DNA of 64,000 nucleotides from Candidatus Pacebacteria bacterium CG2_30_36_39 (GCA_001873435.1 MNZB01000003.1:206031-270030); one strand, 5' to 3'; positions 18,399 through 28,609 are shown, counted from the first letter of the stretch. The notes: generated by a model from the sequence alone, not told the origin. Program-made: numbers and translations.

Positions 18399-19322
18399 AT
18401 GTCTCCCAAAAACACCAACATAAGCGCTGAAAAAGTAGTTACAGTATCTTTTTTAGTTGATGTCAGCGATGTTTTAATAAATGTATTTTTAACTATTATT
18501 TCTGGTAGCGCTATTATGCTCTCCCAAGCCTTGCAAGGAGGAGCTGGTTTGTTAGCTTCTGGATTGCTAGTTGTTGGAGCAAACAAATCAAAAAGAGCTC
18601 CTGATAAAAAACATCCATTTGGCTATGGTAGGGAAATATATTTTTGGACTTTCATTTCAGCATTGGTCACTTTCACAATCACAGCTGGCATGTCATTTTT
18701 TTTGGGTTTACAAAGATTTTTAAATCCAGAGTCTGTTAAAAATGTTAATTACGTAATTATTGTTTTGCTAATCTCTATTTTTACTAATGGCTATGCAATG
18801 TCCTTAAGCTTTAGAAGATTGCTGGGTAAAAATGTTTATACAAAAATATTTGAAATATTTTTACACTCATCATTTATCACAACCAAAACAGCTTTTGTCT
18901 TAGATTTAATGGGCACGGTTGCCTCAATCATTGGTTTGATTTCAATCACAATTTATAAATTAACAGGCAACCAAAGATTTGATGGTGCTGGATCTATGGT
19001 GATTGGTGTCATCCTGGCTGTTTTAACAATTTATATTTTAAAGAGCGCCAAAGACCTTTTGGTTGGTCAAAGCGCCTCAGTAAAAATAGAAAATAGAATT
19101 AGAACTTCTGTTAAAGACCTTAAAGAAGTAAAAGAAATAATTATGCTCAGAACCCTACATATGGGAACTGGTACTTTATTGGTTGATATCGAGGTTAATT
19201 TAGAAAATAATTTAACAACAGATGAAATAGAACTTTTAGTTGATAAAATTCAACACAGCATTACCACTGATGTACCACAAGCAAAAGAAGTCAGAGTATC
19301 TTTGGAAACTCCAAGTAAATAA
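18399..19322 (+). CDS. Cation diffusion facilitator (CDF) family metal efflux transporter
   Basis: 307 aa with six TM helices plus a C-terminal cytoplasmic domain. CDF-like TM2/TM5 acidic/His positions. Confidence 0.65.
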   Translation: MSPKNTNISAEKVVTVSFLVDVSDVLINVFLTIISGSAIMLSQALQGGAGLLASGLLVVGANKSKRAPDKKHPFGYGREIYFWTFISALVTFTITAGMSFFLGLQRFLNPESVKNVNYVIIVLLISIFTNGYAMSLSFRRLLGKNVYTKIFEIFLHSSFITTKTAFVLDLMGTVASIIGLISITIYKLTGNQRFDGAGSMVIGVILAVLTIYILKSAKDLLVGQSASVKIENRIRTSVKDLKEVKEIIMLRTLHMGTGTLLVDIEVNLENNLTTDEIELLVDKIQHSITTDVPQAKEVRVSLETPSK

Positions 19323-19496
19323 ATTTATATGGAAAAAAATCAATCAACTATTGGAGATTTGTGGAAAATAAGTGATCAGAAAAATCTAGAAATATTAGAA
19401 AATCCTCTTAAAGATCCATTACATTTTTTAAGGTTAGTTCTTTTTTACGGGATGACCAAAAAAGATTTTCAAAAAGAATAACTCAGTTTAATTGTG

Positions 19497-19567
19497 ATGC
19501 CCGGCATGGATTCGAACCATGATTGAAGGCTTCAAAGGCCTCTGTCCTGCCATTAGACGACCGGGCA
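19497..19567 (-). tRNA. tRNA-Gln (anticodon UUG)
   Basis: The minus-strand sequence folds as a cloverleaf with a U1-A72 acceptor pair, anticodon loop CUUUGAA and T-loop GGTTCGAATCC. Not in the ORF track. Confidence 0.8.
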
Positions 19568-19612
19568 TTATGTTATAGAACTTTGATATTCTAAGCTCTA
19601 ACAGCTATTTTC

Positions 19613-20374
19613 TCAAGGCTTACTCAGAATTTGGTAATTATTCAGATTTCCAGATTTTCCATCAGCCGTATACTCTTTTTTTAATACCAAACTAGTTTGT
19701 TCAATTAATTTTTTTGCTTCCCCCTCATTGGTATAATGACAATAACGATAGGCAGTCAAACCCCTTTGCCAATCCAAAATATAATCATTTTCCTCGATTT
19801 CATCTGGATCAATTTTAGCTAAAGTAGGATGAATTTGTTTTTTCTCAAAACGCTTCTCATTCAAAAATCTCCACGCTGTAAAAACTAAAAGACCACCATC
19901 GGTAAGACGTTCAGCCAGAGCATTAAAAAGCTTTTTTCTCAAAGCAAAAGAAGGAATGTGATGCAAAACTCCAAACAAAGTAATAACATGATATTTTTTT
20001 AACGGCAAAATATTCGTTAAATTATCATTGATCAAAGCATCAATTAGATCAATATAAAAAAGATTTTTTTCAAAAGACTGCTTTTCCAACCTGCTTTGAG
20101 CAAAAGCCAAAAGCTCTTTGCTATTATCTCCACCATGATAAACAAGTTTTTTATGAACCCCCTCTTTTTGCAAAAATTCTGCAAACCTACCATTGCCACA
20201 ACCCAAGTCTAAAACCTTTAATTGAGAATGACTCTTCCCCAACTCAGTCAAAGGACCAACCAATTCTTTCCAACCTTGCCAATAAAAACTGCGAGTCTTA
20301 CTAAACTCCTCAGCTGTAATTTGATAAAAACGCTGATTTAAACGATTAAGCTGGAGGACGGTTTCCTGTTTCAT
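19613..20374 (-). CDS. Class I SAM-dependent methyltransferase
   Basis: 253 aa with motif I VLDLGCGNGRF and downstream methyltransferase motifs. Confidence 0.7.
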   Translation of the reverse strand: MKQETVLQLNRLNQRFYQITAEEFSKTRSFYWQGWKELVGPLTELGKSHSQLKVLDLGCGNGRFAEFLQKEGVHKKLVYHGGDNSKELLAFAQSRLEKQSFEKNLFYIDLIDALINDNLTNILPLKKYHVITLFGVLHHIPSFALRKKLFNALAERLTDGGLLVFTAWRFLNEKRFEKKQIHPTLAKIDPDEIEENDYILDWQRGLTAYRYCHYTNEGEAKKLIEQTSLVLKKEYTADGKSGNLNNYQILSKP

Positions 20375-20394
20375 TGATACAATACACTTCCTAA

Positions 20395-22218
20395 ATGAAG
20401 AAACATCTTAATTATACCGATCATCTAGCACAAGTGGTAGCCATTTTGAAAGAAATAGAAAATTCACCACGCATTAGTGCCAAAAAACTAAGTCAGCTCA
20501 CCAAAAAACATCCTTTGACTGATGGCGATCTATTATCTAAAACCCAATTAATTGAAGCATATGCAGAGCTAGCTGGAAAACATGGTTTGGCAGATTTCAA
20601 CGAATCGGTGATCAAAAGAATCATGATGAAGCCAGTTAGAACGCTCTCTGGCGTAGCTCCAGTCACTGTTCTGACTAAGCCATTTCCCTGTCCAGGAAAA
20701 TGCATTTTTTGTCCCAGTGATGTACGCATGCCCAAAAGCTATTTAAGCGACGAGCCAGGAGCTCAAAGAGCTGAACGCAACTATTTTGATCCATATCTCC
20801 AAACCTATAACAGACTCACTGCCCTACATGCAATGGGACATACGGTTGATAAAGTTGAGCTAATAATTTTAGGTGGAACCTGGTCATATTATCCAGAAAA
20901 TTATCAAATTTGGTTTATTAAAGAATGCTTTAGAGCTTTAAACAATTTTGAAGTCAAAGACGACAGAAAAATAATTCGTGAGCAATACAAAAAAATACAA
21001 CAGGATTTAGAAAAAAATAATCAACACGTAAGAAGCGATAGTCCTGAAGAAAACAGAGAACGTTTTTCCGATGCCTTAATCTCTGGTGCTGATCTTATAA
21101 AACCATACAACCAAACCGTAGCTGATTTCTATATTGCTCCAGAAAAAAAACTTGGCATCGACAAATTACAAACCGCTACTTGGGAAGAATTAGCTAAAGA
21201 ACAAAAACAAAATGAAACTGCTAGTATTCGCAACGTAGGCCTAGTAATCGAAACCAGACCAGACAATATTTCTGAAAAAGAAGTCTTAAGAATTCGCAAA
21301 TTAGGTTGTACTAAAACACAAATTGGTTTGCAAAGCACCAACGATGAAGTCTTAGAAAAAAACCATCGAGGACATAATGTCGATGCCACTCGTAGAGCCT
21401 TCAAGCTACTGCGCCAAGCAGGCTTCAAAATTCATGCTCATTGGATGGCAAATCTCTATGGCTCAAATCCAGCAGCAGATAAAAAAGATTTTGATCACTT
21501 ATTTACTGGTAAAGATTTCTATCCAGACGAACTCAAAGTTTACCCTTGCTCATTGATTGATAGTGCTGAACTAATGCAATACTACCAAAAAGGCTTATGG
21601 CAACCATATTCTCACGAAGAACTTTTGGGAGTATTAGAACATGTGTTAGAAACTACTCCATCCTATTGTCGTTTAACTAGAATTATTCGCGACATACCAT
21701 CACAAGACATTGTGGTAGGAAACAAAAAAAGCAATTTTAGACAAATAGCTGAACAAGGAATTAAAGACAAGGGAATTATCTCTCATGACATCAGATCTCG
21801 TGAAGTTAGAGGTGAAGTATTTGACCCAACTAAAGCAGAGCTAAAAACTGAAAAATACAGCACCTCAATTAGCGATGAAGAATTTTTACAGTTCATAGTA
21901 CCCACTGAAAATGGTGAAAAACTTCTTGCTTTCTTAAGACTTAGTTTTCCCAAAGAAAACTTTATTCCAGAATTAAAAACTAGCGCCATCATTCGTGAGA
22001 TACACGTTTATGGTCGAGCTTTGCAAATTGGTAAAAAAGGTTTAAAACATGCCCAACATTTTGGTTTTGGTACACGCCTAATAGAAGAAGCAGTTTTACG
22101 AGCGAAAGACCAAGGCTATCAGGATTTAGCAGTTATTTCTGCGATAGGCACTAAAGAATATTATCGTAAAAAAGGCTTTACTGATGGAGAGCTTTATCAA
22201 CATCGAGAATTAAAATAA
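20395..22218 (+). CDS. Elp3-like tRNA uridine-34 modification enzyme (radical SAM domain + C-terminal GNAT acetyltransferase)
   Basis: 607 aa. RTLSGVAPVTVLTKPFPCPGKCIFCP matches the Elp3 radical-SAM cysteine cluster. The C-terminus has a GNAT motif (HVYGRALQIGK...QHFGFGTRLIEEA). Confidence 0.7.
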   Translation: MKKHLNYTDHLAQVVAILKEIENSPRISAKKLSQLTKKHPLTDGDLLSKTQLIEAYAELAGKHGLADFNESVIKRIMMKPVRTLSGVAPVTVLTKPFPCPGKCIFCPSDVRMPKSYLSDEPGAQRAERNYFDPYLQTYNRLTALHAMGHTVDKVELIILGGTWSYYPENYQIWFIKECFRALNNFEVKDDRKIIREQYKKIQQDLEKNNQHVRSDSPEENRERFSDALISGADLIKPYNQTVADFYIAPEKKLGIDKLQTATWEELAKEQKQNETASIRNVGLVIETRPDNISEKEVLRIRKLGCTKTQIGLQSTNDEVLEKNHRGHNVDATRRAFKLLRQAGFKIHAHWMANLYGSNPAADKKDFDHLFTGKDFYPDELKVYPCSLIDSAELMQYYQKGLWQPYSHEELLGVLEHVLETTPSYCRLTRIIRDIPSQDIVVGNKKSNFRQIAEQGIKDKGIISHDIRSREVRGEVFDPTKAELKTEKYSTSISDEEFLQFIVPTENGEKLLAFLRLSFPKENFIPELKTSAIIREIHVYGRALQIGKKGLKHAQHFGFGTRLIEEAVLRAKDQGYQDLAVISAIGTKEYYRKKGFTDGELYQHRELK

Positions 22219-22261
22219 TTTTCCTCTATTATTTTTAGGTTTTTTTCGCTACTGTGAAAGA

Positions 22262-22828
22262 GTGAAAATATCTTTAAAAAGCAAAAGTTTTTATTCCCTA
22301 CTTTCACTAGTATTTATTGCCATTTATTCCCTATTTCAACTTTTTCAGGAACACTTTGTCCTAGGTGATGCAACTCAAAAACCATTAAACGACGAAGTAC
22401 TAGTTACCAGAGTAGTTGATGGAGATACTTTTGAAATTGAAAGCGGTGAAAAAGTTAGATTAATCGGCATTGATGCTCCAGAAACAGTCCACCCACAGCA
22501 ACCAGTTGAGTGCTATGGGAAAGTTTCTAGTGAAACACTGAAGAAATTAATCGAGGGTAAACAAGTAACTATGGAGAAAGATGTGAGTGAAACTGATCGC
22601 TATGGTCGACTACTACGCTATGTCTATATCGATGGCCAGAGTATCAATGAGTTCTTAGTTCAAGAGGGTTTTGCCTATGCTAGCTCATATCCACCTGATG
22701 TAGCAGAACAAACAAAGCTCAAAGATTTGCAGCAACAAGCAATGGTATCTGGTAAAGGTTTGTGGGGTACTTGTGAAGTAAATAACTCACAAGAAATAAA
22801 TGATTTTTTAAAACAAAAATCTTTTTAA
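22262..22828 (+). CDS. Thermonuclease (staphylococcal nuclease, SNase-like), membrane-anchored or secreted
   Basis: 188 aa. An N-terminal TM or signal is followed by an SNase fold (VVDGDTFEI, VRLIGIDAPE, RYGRLLRYVY). Confidence 0.8.
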   Translation: MKISLKSKSFYSLLSLVFIAIYSLFQLFQEHFVLGDATQKPLNDEVLVTRVVDGDTFEIESGEKVRLIGIDAPETVHPQQPVECYGKVSSETLKKLIEGKQVTMEKDVSETDRYGRLLRYVYIDGQSINEFLVQEGFAYASSYPPDVAEQTKLKDLQQQAMVSGKGLWGTCEVNNSQEINDFLKQKSF

Positions 22829-23169
22829 TCGTTCATTCCAAAACGGTCGCGAGTAAATTTGAGTTTTTTACGCATCACCTGTTCAACATCAATATCTAAT
22901 TCATTAGCCAATAGGATAAGTGAACCCAAAACATCAGCAAACTCATCTTCCATGTTTTCACGACTAAAAGCTGCAATTTTTGTATCACGAGCAAGGTTCA
23001 TACTAGTTAGAATTTCATCAGCCAATTCACCTAGTTCTTCAACCACCTTCATGGTTCTAGCAAAAATTTGTTGATTCTTATCTTTCAAAGGCCAGCGAGT
23101 GTTTAAAAATTCACCAACCTCTTTATATTCTTCAACCAATTTATTAATAGTTAAATCATTATTATTCAT
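22825..23169 (-). CDS. MazG-like nucleoside triphosphate pyrophosphohydrolase
   Basis: 114 aa with the EExxE motif pair (VEELGELADE, EDEFADVLG). Confidence 0.7.
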   Translation of the reverse strand: MNNNDLTINKLVEEYKEVGEFLNTRWPLKDKNQQIFARTMKVVEELGELADEILTSMNLARDTKIAAFSRENMEDEFADVLGSLILLANELDIDVEQVMRKKLKFTRDRFGMND

Positions 23170-24589
23170 GAGACATATATTTTAGCACATTTTCCCCTAC
23201 TCCCAGATAGTGCTGAAGATTACTTGACTGATTAACATAATCAAAGATTATTTTTTGTTGTTCAACTGTTGTATTAATATATTTATTATGTTTAATTTTT
23301 TGACGGATTTTTTGTTTAATTAACTCGCAACTTGGACTGCAATATTCACAAGCCGCACAAGAAAAATTAGTATAAGTTTTTTCACCAAAAAAACTAAGGA
23401 TCTTTTGATGATGACATTTTTTAGTTGCAAAATATTCAATCATTACGTCTAAAGCCTGATTATTTTTATTAAGTTTTTGTTGAACAACAATATCGCTAGG
23501 ATGAATAAGTAATTCACAAAAAGACAGTTTTCTATCTCTACCAGCCCTACCTATTTCTTGCACATAATGTTCCAAACAAGCTGGTAATTGAGCATGAATA
23601 ACAAATCTCACATCACTTTTATCTATGCCCATGCCAAAGGCATTGGTAGTGACCAACAGTTTAATTTTCCCACTTAAAAATTTATTCTGTACAACTTGTT
23701 TTTCTTCAGGTTTTCTTCCAGCATGAAAGTAATCTATTTTTAATTGCTTCTCAAAATCAAATTTTTTTAGAGCCTGAAAAATTACCTCTGTTTCTTTTCT
23801 GGTAATGCAATAAATAATTCCATTTTGTTGTGTATATTTCTTTAATACTAAATAACAAAGATAGAGAAAGCGTTGGTGACGTAATGAAAAATTAGTAATC
23901 TTAATAAAGAGGTTTTTTCGTAAAAAACTACCTGCAAAAGTATTTGTTTTTAAAATGCCAAAAGCTTGCTGTAAATCGTCTATTACTCTTTGAGAGGCAG
24001 TTGCAGTCAGCAAAATTAATTTAACTGATTTGTCCAGTGATTCAATGAAATTTGGCAATTGTCTGTAGGCAGGTCTAAAGTCATGTCCCCAAAGAGAAAA
24101 ACAATGGGCTTCATCTATAGCAATTAAAGCTGGAGGATTTTCTTTAATTATTTGATTGAATTTTTTTGAAAGCAATTTTTCAGGAGAAATATAGATAAAT
24201 TTATCTTTAATGTTGGCGAAAGTTTTTGAATCAAAAGGATTTAGGCTATGAATTGCTCTAGCTGAAATATTATTTTGTTTTAAATGTAAAACTTGGTCGT
24301 CCATTAGCGCAATTAATGGTGAAATAACTAAGGTATAGTCGTTTAGGTATAGACCTGGAATTTGGTAACAAATTGATTTGCCATAGCCAGTTGGCAAAAG
24401 GGCAAGGGTTTTTTTGTTTTCTAGAACAGTTTTAATGATTTGGTCTTGAGGTTTGCGAAATTCTTTAAGTTTAAAAAACGTATTTAAGATGTTAAGTATT
24501 TTTTGGTTTTCCATATTGGCAAAATTGTATGAAATCTTCCTTGCAAGAAACCAGATCATGATGAATAATAGGAAACATGAAAGATTCAA
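23162..24589 (-). CDS. recQ: ATP-dependent DNA helicase, RecQ family
   Basis: Walker A LLPTGYGKS, DEAH (IDEAHC) and a RecQ zinc-binding region (CxxCxxC). The first 25 aa of the ORF are hydrophobic, so the true start is probably M26 (about 24514). Confidence 0.8.
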   Translation of the reverse strand: MNLSCFLLFIMIWFLARKISYNFANMENQKILNILNTFFKLKEFRKPQDQIIKTVLENKKTLALLPTGYGKSICYQIPGLYLNDYTLVISPLIALMDDQVLHLKQNNISARAIHSLNPFDSKTFANIKDKFIYISPEKLLSKKFNQIIKENPPALIAIDEAHCFSLWGHDFRPAYRQLPNFIESLDKSVKLILLTATASQRVIDDLQQAFGILKTNTFAGSFLRKNLFIKITNFSLRHQRFLYLCYLVLKKYTQQNGIIYCITRKETEVIFQALKKFDFEKQLKIDYFHAGRKPEEKQVVQNKFLSGKIKLLVTTNAFGMGIDKSDVRFVIHAQLPACLEHYVQEIGRAGRDRKLSFCELLIHPSDIVVQQKLNKNNQALDVMIEYFATKKCHHQKILSFFGEKTYTNFSCAACEYCSPSCELIKQKIRQKIKHNKYINTTVEQQKIIFDYVNQSSNLQHYLGVGENVLKYMSHE

Positions 24590-25035
24590 TTAACTTGCTA
24601 GAAAAATATAAAAACTGGGTTATGGGCTTGGCAATTTTTGGCGTTGGCTTGGCTTCTTATCTTTTTTATGAATATCTAATCCAAGATACAGCTGGAATTT
24701 GTAATATTAATGCTGTTTTTAATTGTGCTCCTATTACCACTGGTTCTTTAGCAGAGCTTTGGGGAATTCCTGTGGCCTTAATAGGTTTGGTTGGTTATGT
24801 GGTAATCTTTTTAACTGCTAAATTCAAGAGCTTTAAATGGGCGTATTACATGGCTGTTTTTGGAATGGTTTTTTGTTTAAGATTAACTATTCTTGAGATT
24901 TTTGTAGAGCATGTTTTATGTCCAATCTGTATGGCATGCCAGGCAGTAATGTTAGTTGAGTTTATTTTAACTTATCAATTAGCTTTTCCTGAAAAGGTAG
25001 GGTTAAAATCCTCCCAAGAAAAGAAAACTAAGTGA
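24577..25035 (+). CDS. VKOR (vitamin K epoxide reductase) family membrane protein; DsbB-analogue disulfide oxidoreductase
   Basis: 152 aa and polytopic. A loop Cys pair (CNINAVFNC) plus a TM CxxC (CPIC) is typical of bacterial VKOR. Confidence 0.5.
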   Translation: MKDSINLLEKYKNWVMGLAIFGVGLASYLFYEYLIQDTAGICNINAVFNCAPITTGSLAELWGIPVALIGLVGYVVIFLTAKFKSFKWAYYMAVFGMVFCLRLTILEIFVEHVLCPICMACQAVMLVEFILTYQLAFPEKVGLKSSQEKKTK

Positions 25036-25053
25036 TATAATCTCTAAGTCTTT

Positions 25054-25127
25054 CGGAGAGTAGCTCAGATGGCTAGAGTGCACGCTTTGGGAGCGTGAGG
25101 TCGCAGGTTCGAGCCCTGTCTCTCCGA
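25054..25127 (+). tRNA. tRNA-Pro (anticodon UGG)
   Basis: CGGAGAG...CTCTCCG acceptor, anticodon stem-loop CACGC-TTTGGGA-GCGTG, T-loop GGTTCGAGCCC. Confidence 0.85.
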
Positions 25128-25149
25128 CATTAACATCTCTTGTGTGAAG

Positions 25150-25235
25150 TGCCGCGATGGCGGAATTGGTAGACGCGCGAGACTTAAAATCTCGTTCTAG
25201 CAATAGAGTGTGGGTTCGATTCCCACCCGCGGCAC
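25150..25235 (+). tRNA. tRNA-Leu (anticodon UAA), long variable arm
   Basis: 86 nt. Anticodon stem-loop CGAGA-CTTAAAA-TCTCG, an extended variable arm and T-loop GGTTCGATTCC. Confidence 0.8.
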
Positions 25236-25240
25236 AAATT

Positions 25241-25627
25241 TTAATCTAAAATAGGTAAATTATCAGGATCATCTTCTTTTTTAACCAAACAAACAGCAAT
25301 ATAAGTATCTTTATCTGTGTCTTCTGTATTTTCTATCGAATAAGTTATGCTCACATTTTTACTTCTTACAATCTTATACCAGGCAAGAAATTCTTTTTTT
25401 AGAAAAAAAGGAATTTGTAGTAAAGCCATACTCCCATTTTTATTCATTTTCGCCCAAATATTATTAATTAAGAAATACAAAGAATCTAAGCTATCTGGTA
25501 AATCATAAAGAGCTCCTCTAGGCATGGCTAGCACCAGATCTAAGTTATTTTGAATTTGAGACCAGGTTTCTTTATCCAGCAAGTCTCGTTCAATAGTTTC
25601 AAATCTTGAATCTTTTTTCTTTTTCAA
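25241..25627 (-). CDS. Hypothetical protein
   Basis: 128-aa ORF. Its N-terminal SRFETIERDLL resembles the N-terminus of the adjacent 72-aa ORF (SRFESNFLALL). Confidence 0.3.
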   Translation of the reverse strand: MKKKKDSRFETIERDLLDKETWSQIQNNLDLVLAMPRGALYDLPDSLDSLYFLINNIWAKMNKNGSMALLQIPFFLKKEFLAWYKIVRSKNVSITYSIENTEDTDKDTYIAVCLVKKEDDPDNLPILD

Positions 25628-25689
25628 TTGAACAGCTTGACCTTCATCTAGATTTAGGTCTTCTAGAATTGTTGTTCCACCAAATAAGT

Positions 25690-25908
25690 TTATGCCTTTA
25701 GTAGTCCCTTCTTTTGTTTAATTACATCAACCACATCAGCAATACTTTTGCCTTTTAATATATTTCTAAAAAAATTATCAAAGGCAATCAAGTTTTCATT
25801 ATCAAAAGTCCAGACATCATTTTTTTCTAATAGACGATCTCTAATAGCTCTTTTTGCTTCTAATAAAGCTAGGAAATTGGATTCAAACCTAGATGACTCA
25901 TTAGGCAT
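25690..25908 (-). CDS. Hypothetical small protein
   Basis: 72-aa ORF immediately downstream of murC. Shares an N-terminal motif with 25241..25627. Confidence 0.3.
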   Translation of the reverse strand: MPNESSRFESNFLALLEAKRAIRDRLLEKNDVWTFDNENLIAFDNFFRNILKGKSIADVVDVIKQKKGLLKA

Positions 25909-25922
25909 ATGACAACGATGTA

Positions 25923-27329
25923 TTAAAGTTTTTCGTACACTTCATAAATATCACCTGCTCCAACAGTAAGAAAAACATCTCCTGGTTGTAGAGTGGAGTT
26001 AAAAAAGTCAGCTAATTTTTCAATAGAACCAAGATTTTTTGCTTTAATCATTGGGTACTTATTAACGATTGCCTCACATAAAAGTGTACTAGAAATTGTT
26101 GAGTCATCCTTTTCTCTAGCAGAAGAAAAAATATCAATCATAACCACTTCTTTTGCCTGCTCAAAAGCATCAACAAAATCTGGAAATAATTGTTTAGTTC
26201 TAGAGTAAGTATGAGACTGAAAAGCAATTACTTTACGAGCATTGGGATACCATTCATTAAGAGCTTGAATGGCAGCTTTAACTTCTTGTGGATGGTGAGC
26301 ATAGTCATCAAAACAATGAACTCCTTTGATAGAGCCTTTATTTTCAAAACGACGAGCTGTAGATCGAAACTTATTTAAGCCATTATTAGTCAGTACTTCT
26401 GGATATAAGGGGGCCACTACGGTAATTGCAGCTAGAGCATTTAGAAAGTTGTATTTACCTGGAATTTGTAACTCAAGATCATAGGTTTCTTCTAGATAAG
26501 TGAATTTTCCGTAAGTTCTTCCCAACTCTGATTTGTATTCAATTAATCTAATGTCCGCTTTTTCGTTTTCACCAAAACTGATTTTTTTAATTTCCAAATT
26601 TTCTACTAATTCCATTAAATTTTGATCATCAGCATTAACGACGAGATAACCACTTGGATTTATCTGTTGAAAGAAAGCTTTATAAACAGATTTAGTGTGG
26701 TTAAAATCAACATAAACATCTGGATGGTCATAACGTAAATTAGTACAAACTGTCGCGTATGGTTTGAGGAAAGAAAAACGAGGAGTAATTAACTCTCCCC
26801 TTTGTGGGGCAGAAGGATCAATAACATATTCATCAGCTTCGGCTACACAATATTCAGATTTATTTTTCCAAGCTCCAGTTTTTTCTAGACCAGGAATATT
26901 ACCTACTCCAACTGAAAAAGACGGTTCTTGTTTTAGATATTCTAAAATCCAAGTGATCATGGCGGAGACAGTTGATTTGCCCCCTACTCCACAGACAGCA
27001 ATGCCTTTTTTTTGATTAAATAAAGAAGCAATAGCTTCTGCTTGTGAAAAAACTGGTAAATTATTTTCTATTGCCCACTGAACTTGAGGATTATTTATGC
27101 CTTGATGAGCAGCGGTATAGACAACGCAATCAATTTCACTAGGTAGTGGTAAAACAAAATTATCAATTTTAATTTGCAAATCTTGGAGAATTTTTTCAGT
27201 AACAAACTTTTGAGTTACATCGCTACCAACAACTGTTTTTCCAGCGTCAATTAACATTTGAGCTAGAGAAGTCATGGCGACTCCTTTAATACCAACGAAA
27301 TAAAAATTAGAAAATTCTAATATGTTCAT
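25923..27329 (-). CDS. murC: UDP-N-acetylmuramate--L-alanine ligase
   Basis: 468 aa. MurC-type N-terminus (FVGIKGVAMTSLAQML), P-loop GVGGKST and Mur ligase C-domain. Confidence 0.85.
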   Translation of the reverse strand: MNILEFSNFYFVGIKGVAMTSLAQMLIDAGKTVVGSDVTQKFVTEKILQDLQIKIDNFVLPLPSEIDCVVYTAAHQGINNPQVQWAIENNLPVFSQAEAIASLFNQKKGIAVCGVGGKSTVSAMITWILEYLKQEPSFSVGVGNIPGLEKTGAWKNKSEYCVAEADEYVIDPSAPQRGELITPRFSFLKPYATVCTNLRYDHPDVYVDFNHTKSVYKAFFQQINPSGYLVVNADDQNLMELVENLEIKKISFGENEKADIRLIEYKSELGRTYGKFTYLEETYDLELQIPGKYNFLNALAAITVVAPLYPEVLTNNGLNKFRSTARRFENKGSIKGVHCFDDYAHHPQEVKAAIQALNEWYPNARKVIAFQSHTYSRTKQLFPDFVDAFEQAKEVVMIDIFSSAREKDDSTISSTLLCEAIVNKYPMIKAKNLGSIEKLADFFNSTLQPGDVFLTVGAGDIYEVYEKL

Positions 27330-28555
27330 TTTCTTTCAAGAGCTTGTTTGACTACTGCTTCTTCATCCCATGGGTATTCGACTGTGCCATAGCACATGCT
27401 TTTTTCTGGGCCTTTGCCAAAAATACCAATTAAATCACCTTTTTTTGCTAGTTTGTTAATAACAAAATCAATAGCTTCTTTGCGATCCGCAATAGAAATT
27501 ATTCTGTTGTGACCAGTTTCTAGCTGTTCTTTCATTTGTCTAATAATTGACCAAACATCTTCTGTGCGAGGATCTTCCGCAGTGAAGACTACCAAGTCAG
27601 CATATTGAAGCCCAACTTGTCCCATCATGGGTCTTTTTAAGGCATCTCTGAGTCCGGCACAGCCATATATGGCGATTAGTTTGCCAGTAATTTTATTTAC
27701 CTTCATGTATTTTTTGAGTGACTTTAATGCTTCTTCAAGAGCGTTGGGGGTGTGGGCAAAATCAATAGCGATGTTTAGTCCTCTTTTGTTTTTTACAAAC
27801 TGCATTCTTCCTTCTACGCCAGGGAAAGATTTTATTCCCTGAGCTATTTCATCTTGTGCCAAACCCAATTGTAATGAAATTTTTGTTACAAGACGAGAGT
27901 TCATTTGGTTGTATGGTTCTAGAAAACGTTGGTCAACTATTTCTCTGATTTTTTTTGGCAAAGGTTCTTCTTGGCTATAGGATACGACTTTGTTTTTTTC
28001 AGTTAAATATTTTCTAATTTTATGAAAAGAACCATCGTCTTGATTTAAAACAACTAGAGGAGCTTTTTTAATAATAAGTGATTTGGCTTCGATGTAGTTT
28101 TGATAATTTAGATGATAATCAAAATGGTCTTGAGTAATGTTGGTGACACCTACAATTGTTGGTTTAATTCCCCAAAGTCTATTTTGATAAGCTCCATGAG
28201 AGGTAAATTCTAAAACTAAAAATTCCATATCTTTTTTAACCATTTTAGCTAAAAACTTTTGTAGTGAATTAGCGTCTGGAGAGGTGACATGAAAACCAGT
28301 ATCAATTTTTTCATCACCAATGTAGGCAGCAACTGTGGAGAGTAGAGCTACTTTTTTTCCAGCATTTTTAAGAACGTGATAAAGCAAGGTTGAAGAAGTA
28401 GTTTTGCCATCAGTGCCAGTAATAGCAATGATTTTTAATTTTCTGGCTGGATTGCGATATTTTAAGGAAGCGATAGCTCCTTTTATTAGGCCGGTTTTGA
28501 AAAAATGATACCAGTATTTTAAACGGTATAAGATTTGTTGCATGAATTTATTCAT
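27326..28555 (-). CDS. murE: UDP-N-acetylmuramoyl-L-alanyl-D-glutamate--2,6-diaminopimelate (or L-Lys) ligase
   Basis: 409 aa with P-loop IAITGTDGKTTSS and Mur ligase domains. The stop and start overlap murC by 4 nt. Confidence 0.75.
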   Translation of the reverse strand: MNKFMQQILYRLKYWYHFFKTGLIKGAIASLKYRNPARKLKIIAITGTDGKTTSSTLLYHVLKNAGKKVALLSTVAAYIGDEKIDTGFHVTSPDANSLQKFLAKMVKKDMEFLVLEFTSHGAYQNRLWGIKPTIVGVTNITQDHFDYHLNYQNYIEAKSLIIKKAPLVVLNQDDGSFHKIRKYLTEKNKVVSYSQEEPLPKKIREIVDQRFLEPYNQMNSRLVTKISLQLGLAQDEIAQGIKSFPGVEGRMQFVKNKRGLNIAIDFAHTPNALEEALKSLKKYMKVNKITGKLIAIYGCAGLRDALKRPMMGQVGLQYADLVVFTAEDPRTEDVWSIIRQMKEQLETGHNRIISIADRKEAIDFVINKLAKKGDLIGIFGKGPEKSMCYGTVEYPWDEEAVVKQALERK

Positions 28556-28609
28556 TATATCAGTAAAATGTCCTCTGATCTGGAATAATTTATTGTTTAA
28601 TTTGGTTTA

